Source: a virus. Taken from it: DNA of 64,000 bases. Below, piece after piece: positions 50,082 through 61,673 of the stretch. Position 1 is the stretch's first letter; each line of letters starts with the position of its first letter. The stretch lies in IMG/VR virus record IMGVR_UViG_3300035171_000016, positions 32,001 through 96,000 of that record; one strand, written 5' to 3'. The position numbers and the translations under genes are program-made. The notes under the pieces were generated by a model. That model saw nothing but the letters and a program-made list of their open reading frames with translations, made no database searches and was not told the origin of the DNA.

Positions 50082-50828
50082 ATATTTTATTATACACGGT
50101 TATGGATAAAAGTAAAGAAGTTTTTATTTAAATTTAACTAAAAATAACTACTATAAATAGTGATTAAATCATTAGTAGATACTAGAACCATAAAAGAGGT
50201 AAATAATACCATTAATTTATACTCTTACGAAAGAATATTAATTCAGCCTAATACTAAAAAAATAATTACTCTACCTTATAAAAGAGATAATTTAGATAAA
50301 TATCTTAATTTTGAATTAGATAGGTTTTTAATCCTTAATGGATTACAAGTTTTATGGACTAATATAAATGAAGAGTCTTCAAAGGGTTGTTTTGAATTTA
50401 TATTATATAATAATAATTTAGATAAAGAATCTTTAAATTATTTTAGAGATAGTCCACTGGCGCAGATTGTCGGAAGTAAAGATAAGATAGATATATTAAG
50501 CAATACTTTATTAGGTAAAATCTATATTAATTAATATTTTGGCTTAATACTTACCATTTTTTTATACTCGTTCCATTGAAAATCAGTCATTGGCCCCGTT
50601 GCCTCTTCGACTTTTTTACGCTTTTTATCGTCTAAGTTTTTTAGCTTTTGCGGGGTTTCCATGTTTTTCTTTATTATGTAGATTTTTTTCATTTTATTCT
50701 TTTCCATCCTTCTGGTACTGGAACTCCGTCCTGCCAATATTTTTCATATTTAGTTGATATTTCCTGAATAATAATCCAATAAACACAAAATCCATCGCTT
50801 ATTCTTTGTATAAATGGTGTCAATTTAT

Positions 50829-51722
50829 TCATTTTCTTACCACTCTTTCGTCTTTAAGATTTTCATCTTCAAAAAACTTGCGATATTGTTTGAATCCTCT
50901 ATAATTACCAATAAAATCGCTAGAATCCATAGCTTGCGCGACGTGTTCGGTGGGGCTAAGATGTCTAGGAATGTTGCCAAATAATCTATCGCATAATTTA
51001 ATATCTGCTTCATAATCATCTTTACCTTCATAGTTAAAATAAGAAACCCTTGCACAGCGAGCAACCGCTATTTTCTTTTTTGCTTCTACAGATTCGTTTT
51101 CTAGCCAATATGAGTCAAAAATCTGTAATTTATTTAATTTTAAAATTAAGCTTTTTAGTTTAGAATCATCTATGCCATTTCCAAACGGGATATGCCATTC
51201 GCCAGTTTTTAATTTTTTAGGCTCTGATTTATTATACTGTTCTAGCATTAAATTAGCTAAAAATTGTAATTCGGGCTGGGCGTCTTTGTGGACTCTTAAA
51301 GCAAAAAAGTTTTCAAATTCGGTAGCCGAAACAATAGCTCTAACATACATAAAATTTTCAATCATTCTATTAACATATTGTTTATGTAGGCCTATAGACA
51401 ACAATTCTTCGGCACTATGTATAGCTCTATCCCTAGCATCCAGCCATGCCAATTTAGCAATTTTCTTAGATTTTTCATCCAATTCAATGTTACTTTGCAT
51501 TCCAGGTTGATTTTTTCCCCAAAACTCTGGCATAGCAGGGTTTGCTTTTATCATTTCTATCATTTTTTCTATTGGAATAGCTCTTGAGCTAGCTACGTTA
51601 CGAGAAAACATCCTATGAGTATTTATCTCTGCTAAAATCCATCTAGGAAACTCTAAAATAAAAGTTGTAAGACGGTTTCCGTGTGTGTTTATAGAATCTT
51701 GGATTATTTCAGATTTTATCAT
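50829..51722 (-). CDS. thyX: Flavin-dependent thymidylate synthase (phage type)
   Basis: AEINTHRMFSRNVASSRAIP, NFFALR..DAQPE and ARCARVSY motifs. Confidence 0.88.
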   Translation of the reverse strand: MIKSEIIQDSINTHGNRLTTFILEFPRWILAEINTHRMFSRNVASSRAIPIEKMIEMIKANPAMPEFWGKNQPGMQSNIELDEKSKKIAKLAWLDARDRAIHSAEELLSIGLHKQYVNRMIENFMYVRAIVSATEFENFFALRVHKDAQPELQFLANLMLEQYNKSEPKKLKTGEWHIPFGNGIDDSKLKSLILKLNKLQIFDSYWLENESVEAKKKIAVARCARVSYFNYEGKDDYEADIKLCDRLFGNIPRHLSPTEHVAQAMDSSDFIGNYRGFKQYRKFFEDENLKDERVVRK

Positions 51723-52542
51723 ATTTATGTAATTTTTCTACCTTTAGGAATTTTTTAAAATTTTTATATCCTACTCTATCATATACTATGGATGTTATAA
51801 TATCATTTTTATAGCCAGATGTCAACGCTAATTTTCTAATCCCGTCTTCAATAAAGGTCTCACCTGTTATTAAATTAGTTAGTTTCCAATAAAAAGTATT
51901 ACAATTTCTATTGTTTTTTAATTTTTTTGATATTTTTTCGTTTCTCTTATTTTTGTGAGGTTCTACATTATTTTTTTTATCAAAAAATGCTTGATATTTT
52001 TTTAATATTAAACCTTTAAATCTTATAGAATTTACAATTGTACAATGTTTTATTCCTAATTCTTTGGCACAGTTATTTATTGATTCAAATTCCTTTAAAA
52101 AAAAGCCTTCTTTATTATATAGAAATACTTTTTTCTTATTCTTTGCGGATTTAATATGGTTTTTTATACACTCCTTATTTTTTTTAAAGTTTTCTCCGCC
52201 ATCTGTTAAATTGTAACCATACTCTTTTTCGTTTGATTTAAAAAATTTTATCCAATATGTTTCTCGTTTTGCAAGATTTTTTAAAGATACTTCTTCTATT
52301 ATAAGAAAATCAAATTTATCAAAACCATATTTTTTAATGGCTCTATGTATCGCCATCTGACCTCGCCCATTTATTCCATGATATAAATAAGACTTAAATC
52401 TTTTACTTAAATTGGTAGTTAAGCCTACATAAACCTTTCCATTTACTAGATTAGATAATTTATAAATTAAACATTTTTTATAGTATATGCCATAGGTTTT
52501 ATATCTTTTTCGTTCTAAATTTTTTATTTGTAATAATGTCAT
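51709..52542 (-). CDS. GIY-YIG homing endonuclease
   Basis: IYKLSNLVNGKVYVG...GYNLTDGG. Confidence 0.9.
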   Translation of the reverse strand: MTLLQIKNLERKRYKTYGIYYKKCLIYKLSNLVNGKVYVGLTTNLSKRFKSYLYHGINGRGQMAIHRAIKKYGFDKFDFLIIEEVSLKNLAKRETYWIKFFKSNEKEYGYNLTDGGENFKKNKECIKNHIKSAKNKKKVFLYNKEGFFLKEFESINNCAKELGIKHCTIVNSIRFKGLILKKYQAFFDKKNNVEPHKNKRNEKISKKLKNNRNCNTFYWKLTNLITGETFIEDGIRKLALTSGYKNDIITSIVYDRVGYKNFKKFLKVEKLHKYDKI

Positions 52543-52589
52543 ATTTATGGATACACATAAACAAATCAGAAATACATATAAATATAAAA

Positions 52590-53516
52590 CTAATTTTTAT
52601 ACCATTCTAAGATTGAATCTTTTCCCTCGGCCATTAATTGCTCATTAAAGTCTTTATATGGTTTTTTAGGAAGTTTAATTTTTATTTGTTTAGAATCAAA
52701 ATATTTACTTAATCTTTTATATGCTTTATTTGCAGAATTAAGGCCAGCATTATCATTATTTGTAGCAATAATTATTTTAACATCTTGAATTTTAAGAAGA
52801 TAATTAATTATCGGTAGGCCGCATTCAGTTCCAAACATACAGACAGAAGTTCTTATTCCACAGGTCAAAAATGAAATAACATCTGATATTCCTTCAACCA
52901 AAATTATTTCCTTCTTTTCTTTTATGTCTTTATTATTTAAAAATAAAGGATAAACGGTAGATTTTGAACCTCTTAAAATCCATTTCCACTCTTTATTATT
53001 TCCATTAATATCTCTTCCGGCCAACATTGTTATTTGGTTCTTAGAGTTCAATACAGGAAAAACATATTTGCCTTTTAAAATACCCTTGTCAGAAAAAACT
53101 CCGCCTCTGGTTTCTTGTAGAACTTCCTTGCTAATTCCTCTTGATTCCCAATAATCATAAATAGGAACCAAGCTTTTAAAAATGTCGTCGGAAAAAATCT
53201 TAATTTGTTTGATTTTAGGACTAGGCGGCGGCAAAACTATATTATTTTTTTGTAAGTATTTTTCTAAATCTTCGGTAGATAATTGGTTAGTAACCAAAGA
53301 AATTAATCGTTTAATATCAAACTTGCTACCCTCTACGAAATCCAAACAAAGATTTTCTCCCCAATAAATAGCAACGCTTTTTGGGTCTTGTCCAGAACGC
53401 CATAATGCTGCCGTATTAAGATAGTTAGAACTTTCGCTAACAGGATAGCCATGAGTTAATAGGATATTTTTAATAGCATCCTTATTTTTAAAGGAATATT
53501 CTCCAGAATTATACAT
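52590..53516 (-). CDS. DNA primase (Toprim)
   Basis: YWESRGI, AGR, LVEGISD, NNDNAG and KDFNE motifs. Confidence 0.88.
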   Translation of the reverse strand: MYNSGEYSFKNKDAIKNILLTHGYPVSESSNYLNTAALWRSGQDPKSVAIYWGENLCLDFVEGSKFDIKRLISLVTNQLSTEDLEKYLQKNNIVLPPPSPKIKQIKIFSDDIFKSLVPIYDYWESRGISKEVLQETRGGVFSDKGILKGKYVFPVLNSKNQITMLAGRDINGNNKEWKWILRGSKSTVYPLFLNNKDIKEKKEIILVEGISDVISFLTCGIRTSVCMFGTECGLPIINYLLKIQDVKIIIATNNDNAGLNSANKAYKRLSKYFDSKQIKIKLPKKPYKDFNEQLMAEGKDSILEWYKN

Positions 53517-54301
53517 ATTTTAAATTACTGCTAAAAGTCTAATAGGCCAATATAAAAGATATACTGGTAATAATATAGAATAAAATAATATTACAACTAA
53601 TGAAGGATATTTAAAAGCAGTAGACATATCAATATAAACTGATTTCATATATCGTAAATCAGCCAAAAAGGTGATAAATCCTAAAGTTAAGTAAGCCTCT
53701 ATTAGCATAGGATATTAATATAAGAGTTTAACATTAAAAAGTCAAGACTTTAATATCTGCGTAGCAGTTTGAGATGAAAGACCTATCTTATTTATATAAT
53801 TAATTGCGTAGCAAATATAATTAAAATTATAAGAATCATTTAAAATGGCCGCGATTTGAGCTTCTTATTCTTCTTTCAGAAGAACTGTCGTTCCGACAGA
53901 ATTTAAGAGTAGTATAGTTTTATTTATCTATTACGAGCGATAGCGAGTTTATAATAAAATATTATACTCTTTCGTGTCAAGATACAAAAACTCCATATAA
54001 TTTTAGGGATATGTAAAATATATCTTTAATATTAAGAACGTGCTAAGGTCGCCTATAAGCACTTAATTTTACTATCTGTATTCGACTGTCGTGGCTTCTA
54101 TTAAGAATTTGTATTCGCCACCCTATAATAAGACATCAATATAGTCTTTATTATAAAATATACCTTAAATTAATAGTATTGGTTATCAGCTATTAATAGT
54201 ATATAATCTTTTTGTTTGTTTAAAGTCTCCCCTTCTCTTTCCGCGAGCGGCGAGTTAAATTTCCACCTTTCGGCGTTTCTTATGTTATGGGTCAAGACTC
54301 C

Positions 54302-54766
54302 CTATTCTTTAATTTTAATAGAGTCAGATTTACTTATTTCGTTTTTTAGAAAATTTATACGATTTAAAAGATTATTTTTCTTTTTTATATTTTTAGTACA
54401 TACCTTATTAAGCTCTAAAAGAGCCGAAAGTCTTAATTTAGATAATTCTAACGGACTTATTTTATTATTGTTACTAATTGATATAGTATCTTTTTTAAGT
54501 GTATTTATTTGTTTTTTGTTTAAAAATGGCTCGGAACCATATATAGAAATAGCTTTATGTGTAGATTTATGACATTTAAAACATAAAACAATTAAATCAT
54601 CCATAGATGTTTTATACCAATTTTTATTATAAACTTTATGATGACAATTTAAGTTCTCGGTAGAGCGGCAATATTCGCATTTATTTCCAACCGAAAACTT
54701 CTTTTTTATCGAAAGGTTTTTCCAAAAACCGCTTTCTAAAAAAGCTCTGTAATTATTATTAGACAT
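54302..54766 (-). CDS. HNH endonuclease
   Basis: CEYC...LNCHHKVY...DLIVLCFKCH. Confidence 0.8.
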   Translation of the reverse strand: MSNNNYRAFLESGFWKNLSIKKKFSVGNKCEYCRSTENLNCHHKVYNKNWYKTSMDDLIVLCFKCHKSTHKAISIYGSEPFLNKKQINTLKKDTISISNNNKISPLELSKLRLSALLELNKVCTKNIKKKNNLLNRINFLKNEISKSDSIKIKE

Positions 54767-55553
54767 AAATTATTGCTATAATATTAGAATCATTTAAACA
54801 AAAAGTCAACATCTTTTTAATTAATTTTATTCTTGACTTAATATCATATATAACATATACTTATATCAATGCCTAAAATATTGACTATCTTAGTGGATAA
54901 AATAAATCCAGAGCCAACAATAGAAGAAATGAAGGCTTTTGGTGTAAGATTTGATAGAATTAGCTGGAATAAGCTAACTGGTAATAAGGAATTTATGAAA
55001 GTTTTTCCTAAAAATCTAAAACTAGCAGAGAAATTAGTTAATAATATATTAAATAATTAATTAATTAACTATAATATTAAATATGTCAATAATTGAAGCT
55101 CAATCTATTTTAACAGGCTGGTTCGTAAAGCATGACTCGATTAATAATGAACAATTTATCTCTATCGCTCCGAAAAAGACATTACCGAATGAGGCTGAGG
55201 CCGCGTTTTCGTTTGCTCTACAAGAATTTGAAAATAAAGGAATTGTCGGAAAGTTTATTGGTGTCAACGACAAGGGTAACTCATTATTTACTTGGTGTCT
55301 TAGGAGGCCCTTAATTCTCAATAGCCAAACATTAGTAATTAATGGACAAACGGCCCTATCAATAAGTAATTGTGTTAATTCATTTTACGAATCAATGGGT
55401 GATAAAGAAAATTTCTGCAATCCTTTGGAAATATGTCAAAACGATATAGATATTTTACTAGAAATAACCTCGCTTTTATCTGAACAAAATTTAGAAAAAA
55501 ATAATAATAAAGAAAATATTAAAACTAATAATTAATTATAAATTGTAAACTAT

Positions 55554-56156
55554 ATGAGAAAAACTAATTTAATAGCATTATCATCAGCGGCAACCGGAGG
55601 AAAAGATACTCTGTATAATATTTTAGAAAAAATATTTAAACAATATAGTATTACATCCGATAGGCTTGCTCTTGCTGACCCTCTTAAATCAGAGATAAAT
55701 AGCTTCACGCAAGCTCAATATAATATTAGTGCATTTACTAAAGACCCCAAGGAAAAAGAGTTAATTAGACCGTTAATGGTTATTCATGGAAAAATTAAAA
55801 GAACTCAAACTAGTGGCAAATATTTTACCTCTTTAGCTCAGGAAAGATTAAATAGTAATATTACTGATAATATATTAACAATTGTTACAGATATAAGATA
55901 TTCCTCTTATTCTGAGGACGAACTTTATTGGTTGAAAAGTAATAATGGTATTTTAATACATATCGAAAGAATAAATGTTGACGGCCAAATAATTGAGCCC
56001 GCTAACATTGATGAAAAAGAAAATGACCCTAAAATTAAATCAGCCGCCGATTACCATTTACGCTGGCCAACTACAGACAATGAACAATTAAGAGAAGATT
56101 TTGTCAAAACACAACTTAAAGACTTAATTGAAAAAATTATCAATGAAAAAAATTAA
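55554..56156 (+). CDS. Deoxynucleoside monophosphate kinase-like P-loop protein
   Basis: GGKDT, LADPLK, KELIRPLM and TDIRY motifs. Confidence 0.75.
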   Translation: MRKTNLIALSSAATGGKDTLYNILEKIFKQYSITSDRLALADPLKSEINSFTQAQYNISAFTKDPKEKELIRPLMVIHGKIKRTQTSGKYFTSLAQERLNSNITDNILTIVTDIRYSSYSEDELYWLKSNNGILIHIERINVDGQIIEPANIDEKENDPKIKSAADYHLRWPTTDNEQLREDFVKTQLKDLIEKIINEKN

Positions 56157-56754
56157 CTTTTCTAAATTAACGGAAAATCAATTAGTTAATAGAGTTCAGA
56201 ATAAATGCTGTAACGATTCTATGCTAGAGTTGATTAACAGGCATACTAAATTGGTATGCTCTGTAATTCATCGCTTTTCTAGAAGAAATATTCATATAAA
56301 GATTAACGACCTACTTGACGACCAATATTTAATTTTTGATGATGCTGTTAAAACATTTAATGTTAGAAAAAAAACTAAATTTACATCTTGGCTCTACGCA
56401 AGAACAAGATTTTGGATATTAAATAATCACAAAAATGAGGATAAATTGATTCATTTAGAAAATCAAGATATAGAAGATATTTTTAATAAAAATGAAAAAT
56501 TTTATCATTCAAATGATTCTATGATTGAAAACAATAAATATATTTTTAATATTTTAGGTCAAGTTAAAGATAAGAGAATTATTGATATTTTTAAAATTAG
56601 ATATTTTAATGATGCTGGAAAGTCTAAAACCCCTTGGAAGGAAATTGCTAATAAGTTTAATTTAAGCATTACAAGAGTAATTTCTCTACATGAAGAGGGA
56701 AGAAAGATACTTTTAGATAAATTTAACAGTAAAAATAAAATGGATGTCCTATAA
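56143..56754 (+). CDS. Phage RNA polymerase sigma-factor-like protein
   Basis: Region 2-like AVKTFN...TKFTSWL; region 4 HTH PWKEIANKFNLSITRVISLH. Confidence 0.8.
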   Translation: MKKINFSKLTENQLVNRVQNKCCNDSMLELINRHTKLVCSVIHRFSRRNIHIKINDLLDDQYLIFDDAVKTFNVRKKTKFTSWLYARTRFWILNNHKNEDKLIHLENQDIEDIFNKNEKFYHSNDSMIENNKYIFNILGQVKDKRIIDIFKIRYFNDAGKSKTPWKEIANKFNLSITRVISLHEEGRKILLDKFNSKNKMDVL

Positions 56755-56770
56755 TATATAAAATAAACAT

Positions 56771-57031
56771 ATGCCAGACTTTGAACAATCACCAGTAAAC
56801 AAACCCCAATATCAAAAATCTAATAGAAATCCAGAATCAGTTGGAGCTTGTTGGATTAAACAAAACGGTAATGGAATTGATTACCTTTCAATGAAGATAG
56901 AGCTTAAAAACGGAGAGGTATTAAATATTAAAGGATTTCTAAATTCTGAAAAAGTTACCGGAGACGCAAAGCCAGAATATATCCTTTATCCAAGCAAGGG
57001 AATAGTAAAAGAAAGAAATGGAAACAAGTAA
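56771..57031 (+). CDS. Small OB-fold (DUF736-like) putative ssDNA-binding protein
   Basis: VGACWIKQ...YLSMKI...N..K....PEY. Confidence 0.55.
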   Translation: MPDFEQSPVNKPQYQKSNRNPESVGACWIKQNGNGIDYLSMKIELKNGEVLNIKGFLNSEKVTGDAKPEYILYPSKGIVKERNGNK

Positions 57032-57247
57032 TATGACACCAGAAAATTTCTGCTATTGGCTACAAGGATGGATAGAGTTAAATAAAACCTCTAATAAAAA
57101 TGCCAAAGCTTCAAAAGAAACATTAGAAATGATTGAAAATCATTTAAAGTTAGTTTTTTCTAATGTAACAGAATTTAAACCAATTCCCGTCTCTAATAAC
57201 GGAATCCAACCAACTAGAGACGGAGTTCCCCAGTTATATTGTTAAAT

Positions 57248-58336
57248 ATGAATTATACATTTAATGTTCCCATAAATAATCTTTCATTCGGCTCTGTTTC
57301 TCTAAATATTCTTAGAGAATCATACGCAGCCGGTCACTCTCCATGTATTATTCCTATTGGTGGTCAGGTGGATATTTCTGCCCAAAAAGAAGATAAAGAT
57401 TTTTTTAACTGGCTCCAATCATGTTTAAATAAAGGATTAAAATCTCATAAGAGAAGCTTTCCGGTATTAAAATTGTGGCATCTTTCGGGCGGCATAGAAT
57501 CACTAAGTAATAAACAAGTATTATATACTTTCCATGAACTAGATGGCGTTACGCCAGAAGAAATTAATGCCGTACAAAATAATCATAAAGTATTATTTGC
57601 CTGCGATTATAACACAAATACGTTTAAAGACTACGGATGTACAAATGTAGAAACGGTTCCGCTTGGATTTGATAATATAAATTTTTATAACACTAATAAA
57701 GAATATTTTAATGATGGCAGAATATCATTTTTTATTGGCGGTAAGTGGGAGCCGGTAAGAAAACGTACAGATAAAGTTATTCAAGCTTGGATTAAAAAAT
57801 TTGGAAATAATAAAAAATATTTCTTAAACTGTGCCATTCAAAATAATTTTGTAAATCCAGAACAGCATAACCAAATATATTCAAATATTACTAAAGGACA
57901 AAGATATGGAAACGTACAGTTTTTAGGATTTATGCCTAGAAATGATATTTATAATGATTTTATTAATTCTCACGAAATAGTACTAGGATTAGGAACAGAG
58001 TCTTGGGGCATTCCAGAATTTACAGCCACAGCATTAGGCAAGCATTCGATTATATCAAATTATGCAGGACATAAACAATGGGCTAATAACGATAATTCTG
58101 TATTAGTTAATCCTTGTGCTAAAATTCCGGCATATGATAATATGTTTTTTCATCCTAATCAACCATTTAATCAGGGGAGTGTCTACGATTTTAACGAGGA
58201 CGAATTAGTTAATGCTTTTGAATTAGCTATAAAGCGTGTTGAGGCCAATAAAGTTAATATTGCCGGATTAGAACTACAAAAAGAATTTACCTATAAAAAA
58301 ACCTTTGATAAAATATATCAATTATTAAGCGAATAA
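57248..58336 (+). CDS. GT4 glycosyltransferase
   Basis: TFHELD, VPLGFD, GKWE..K and ESWGIPEF motifs. Confidence 0.8.
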   Translation: MNYTFNVPINNLSFGSVSLNILRESYAAGHSPCIIPIGGQVDISAQKEDKDFFNWLQSCLNKGLKSHKRSFPVLKLWHLSGGIESLSNKQVLYTFHELDGVTPEEINAVQNNHKVLFACDYNTNTFKDYGCTNVETVPLGFDNINFYNTNKEYFNDGRISFFIGGKWEPVRKRTDKVIQAWIKKFGNNKKYFLNCAIQNNFVNPEQHNQIYSNITKGQRYGNVQFLGFMPRNDIYNDFINSHEIVLGLGTESWGIPEFTATALGKHSIISNYAGHKQWANNDNSVLVNPCAKIPAYDNMFFHPNQPFNQGSVYDFNEDELVNAFELAIKRVEANKVNIAGLELQKEFTYKKTFDKIYQLLSE

Positions 58337-58997
58337 CATGAATAATGACAAAACAATATATTGTATTTGTGAAGATTGGCCAATTCAAAGTAAAATTATT
58401 GATAGTTTTATAGTTTTACAAGCGGTTCGTTCTGGGCAATACGATTTATATACTAAAAAGGGCGGAAAAGAATTTATATTTTGTCCGTTTTGTGGGTATA
58501 AACTAAAAAAGAATAAATAATTAAATAAATATGAAAACCAATAAAAATTACATATTAAGAACTGGTTTAGCATTAACATCTAGTAAAAGATTTCCTAAAA
58601 ACTTAGAGTTGTCACAATTTGAATTAGATGGCACAGAAAAAGAAATATTTTATAAAATTATGAGAAATACCGCTGCTGTATTTGCGGCACATTACTCAAA
58701 TATTAACAACACAGATATAAATATAGAAATAAAAAAACTTATTAAAAAGTATAATATTAAAAATAAATAATATGAAAATTAAAATTGAATCGGCCTGCGA
58801 CGGAAAAGAGCTTATTGAAGATTTTATTAATAAATTAAAATCTAATAATATAGAAGCCCCTTGGAAAGAGGGTGCTGACCTACCTATTGGCGTTAGAATT
58901 ATTGTTAAAAATAAAAACGACCAAGAAATAGAGATTAGTCCCGATAAATTAAAAATTGTATTTAATAAAGGGTAACCATTTATAAAGAAGATATATA

Positions 58998-59402
58998 ATG
59001 CCATACTACGATTTTCTAAATCATAAAACCGGAGAAATTAAAACTTTATTCTTTGGAATGAATGAAGATAAAATTTATGTTGATTCTGACGGATATGAAT
59101 GGAAACGACAGTTTTCAGTTCCAATGGCGGCGATTGATACTCAAAATGACGCCTTTGATGATAAAAAAAATCTAGAAAAAATTAAAAACACAAAAGGCTC
59201 TCTTGGAGATATTCTAGATTATTCAAAAGAACAGAGTATTAAAAGAGAAGAAAAGCTTGGAACTACAGACCCTAAAAAACAGGCTTACTATGATAAATAT
59301 GCAGCGGACAGAAATGGTAAAAGACACCTTAATGAAAAAAAAGAAAAACTTGAGAAAACAATAAAAGAAGTAACAATTAAATATAACAAAAGAAACAAAT
59401 AA
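58998..59402 (+). CDS. FmdB-like protein lacking Zn cysteines
   Basis: MPYYDFLNHKTGE N-terminus. Confidence 0.55.
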   Translation: MPYYDFLNHKTGEIKTLFFGMNEDKIYVDSDGYEWKRQFSVPMAAIDTQNDAFDDKKNLEKIKNTKGSLGDILDYSKEQSIKREEKLGTTDPKKQAYYDKYAADRNGKRHLNEKKEKLEKTIKEVTIKYNKRNK

Positions 59403-59503
59403 TCTTTTCAGTACACTTGAAAATATCTGTTAATAACTTTTTTTAGTTTTTAGCAGATTTTTATTTTATTTAAACTTGTTTAGATGTATACTAATATCCT
59501 ATT

Positions 59504-61636
59504 ATGAATAAAGAAAAAGAAGCGGTTAATTATTTAGAAGAAATTTCAAACTTTATATTTTTAAGTAAATATAGTAGATATAACGAAAAATTAGAAAGAA
59601 GAGAGTCTTGGGCAGAGGCGGTTGGTAGAGTAGAGCAAATGCATCTTAAAAAATACTCCTATCTTTCAGAATTAGATAAAAAAATAATCTCAAAAGCTTT
59701 TGATTCGGTTAGAGATAAAAGAGTTGTTCCGTCAATGCGCTCCCTGCAATTTGGTGGTAAGGCTATCGAGGCCAAAAACGAAAGAATTTATAACTGTGCC
59801 GTTAGGCACGTTGATTCTCTAAGAGCTTTTTCAGAAGTATTTTATCTTCTCTTATGCGGGTGTGGAGTAGGTCTAGGATTATCTAAATATTTTCTTAATA
59901 GAATTCCTGACTTAGTTGGAGAAAAAGATAAGACCGGAACCGTATTAACTTATCAAGTTTTAGATTCTATTGAAGGCTGGGCCGATTCTTTAGAGGTATT
60001 ATTAATGTGTTATTTTAAAAACACTCCTTTGACTGGAAGAAAAATTGTATTTGATTATTCTAAAATTAGACCAGAAGGTTCTCTACTTAAAACAGGCGGC
60101 GGTAAGGCACCCGGATATAAAGGTTTAAAGTTTTGCCATAAAAAGATTAAAGAACTTCTTGACCATGTTATAGAATATAAACATCAAAATCGTTTAAAAT
60201 CTGTAGATGCCTATGATATAATCATGCACGCCGCCGACGCCGTATTAAGTGGCGGAGTAAGAAGAAGTTCTACAAGCGTTATCTTTGATAAGGATGACGA
60301 AGACATGATTAACGCAAAAGCTAAATTTAAAGTTGATAAGGTTTTTACTTTTCATTGTATCGGAGAAGAAACTCTAGGCGGATTTACTAATAAAATTTAT
60401 GAAGGTAAAATTAATTTTGAAGGAACTAGAAGAGAAATTCAAATTAAAGATTACGAACTAGAAGACCTACAAAAAAATAATCTAGTAAGTTGGAGCCATC
60501 TTTTTCCTCAAAGGGCTAGGTCTAATAACAGCGTATTATTACTAAGAGATAGTACCACTCAAAAAGAATTTAATGATATTCTTCAAAGAACCAAGCAGTT
60601 TGGCGAGCCCGGTTTCGTATGGGGGAACCATCCTTGGCAATTATTTAATCCATGTTTTGAAATAGGTTTTATTCCTGTAACAAAAGATGGTATTTGTGGA
60701 GTACAATTCTGTAATTTAAGCTCTCAAAACGGAAGAAAAATTACATCTTTGGAGGAATTCAGAGAATCGGTTGTGTCCGCTACTATTATTGGAACCTTAC
60801 AGGCAGGATATACTCATTTTCCATACCTATCAAAAGCCGCAGAAGAGCTTACTAAAGAAGAGGCATTATTAGGCGTTAGTATTACTGGAATTATGGATAA
60901 TCCAGATATTATCCTAAATCCTGACATACAAAAAGAAATGGCAAAATTAGCAGTACAAATCAATAAAGAATGGAGCAAGAAAATAGGTATTAATCAGGCC
61001 GCAAGAATTACTTGTGTTAAACCAGAAGGTACTTCTAGTTTGGTATTAGGAACTGGTTCGGGAATCCATCCTCACCATGATAGAAGATATTTTAGAAGAG
61101 TAATGGCCAACAAAAATGAGAATATCTATAAACATTTTAAAAAGGTAAATTCTAAACTAGTTGAGCCTTCAGTTTGGTCTGCTACTAAAACGGATGATGT
61201 TATTACTTTTCCTATAGAAGTATCTAGTAAAGCTATTATCAAAAAGGATTTAAATGCCATTAAGCATTTAGAGTACATTAAATCAACTCAACAAAACTGG
61301 GTTCTATCAGGAACCACAGAAGTTAATTCTAAGCCGGTAGAACACAATGTTAGCTGTACAGTTATCGTTAAAGATACAGAATGGGATAGCATTTCTAAAT
61401 TTATCTATGAAAATAGAAGGTTTTATGCAGCTATTTCTTTCGTACCAGATGGTAGCGATAAAATATACCAACAATCTCCTATGGAAGCCGTAGTAGATGA
61501 AAAAGACGAAATTAATTGGAATAATATTATTGCTCATTTTAATAAGGTAGATTATAAGTCTCTTAAAGAAAACGACGATAATACCGCTCATATTCAGGAA
61601 ATAGTTTGTGCTGGAGGGGCTTGTCAACTAATTTAA
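59504..61636 (+). CDS. nrdJ: Class II (adenosylcobalamin) ribonucleotide reductase
   Basis: PSMRSLQFGG, YNC, GGVRRS, NPCFEI, FCNL, KPEGTSS and C-terminal CAGGAC motifs. Confidence 0.93.
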   Translation: MNKEKEAVNYLEEISNFIFLSKYSRYNEKLERRESWAEAVGRVEQMHLKKYSYLSELDKKIISKAFDSVRDKRVVPSMRSLQFGGKAIEAKNERIYNCAVRHVDSLRAFSEVFYLLLCGCGVGLGLSKYFLNRIPDLVGEKDKTGTVLTYQVLDSIEGWADSLEVLLMCYFKNTPLTGRKIVFDYSKIRPEGSLLKTGGGKAPGYKGLKFCHKKIKELLDHVIEYKHQNRLKSVDAYDIIMHAADAVLSGGVRRSSTSVIFDKDDEDMINAKAKFKVDKVFTFHCIGEETLGGFTNKIYEGKINFEGTRREIQIKDYELEDLQKNNLVSWSHLFPQRARSNNSVLLLRDSTTQKEFNDILQRTKQFGEPGFVWGNHPWQLFNPCFEIGFIPVTKDGICGVQFCNLSSQNGRKITSLEEFRESVVSATIIGTLQAGYTHFPYLSKAAEELTKEEALLGVSITGIMDNPDIILNPDIQKEMAKLAVQINKEWSKKIGINQAARITCVKPEGTSSLVLGTGSGIHPHHDRRYFRRVMANKNENIYKHFKKVNSKLVEPSVWSATKTDDVITFPIEVSSKAIIKKDLNAIKHLEYIKSTQQNWVLSGTTEVNSKPVEHNVSCTVIVKDTEWDSISKFIYENRRFYAAISFVPDGSDKIYQQSPMEAVVDEKDEINWNNIIAHFNKVDYKSLKENDDNTAHIQEIVCAGGACQLI

Positions 61637-61673
61637 TATTTCACAGTTGGTATATATGGTGTAAAAACCATAT

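Noticed and set aside
50160-50534. dUTPase
   Set aside because: Only a vague fold-like resemblance; the conserved dUTPase motifs are absent.
51709-52542. Group I introns around the GIY-YIG genes
   Set aside because: Flanking thyX, primase, gmd and GT genes appear complete, so the endonucleases are free-standing.
59504-61636. Intein in NrdJ
   Set aside because: The insertion is short and lacks a C/S start and an HN-C/S/T end.
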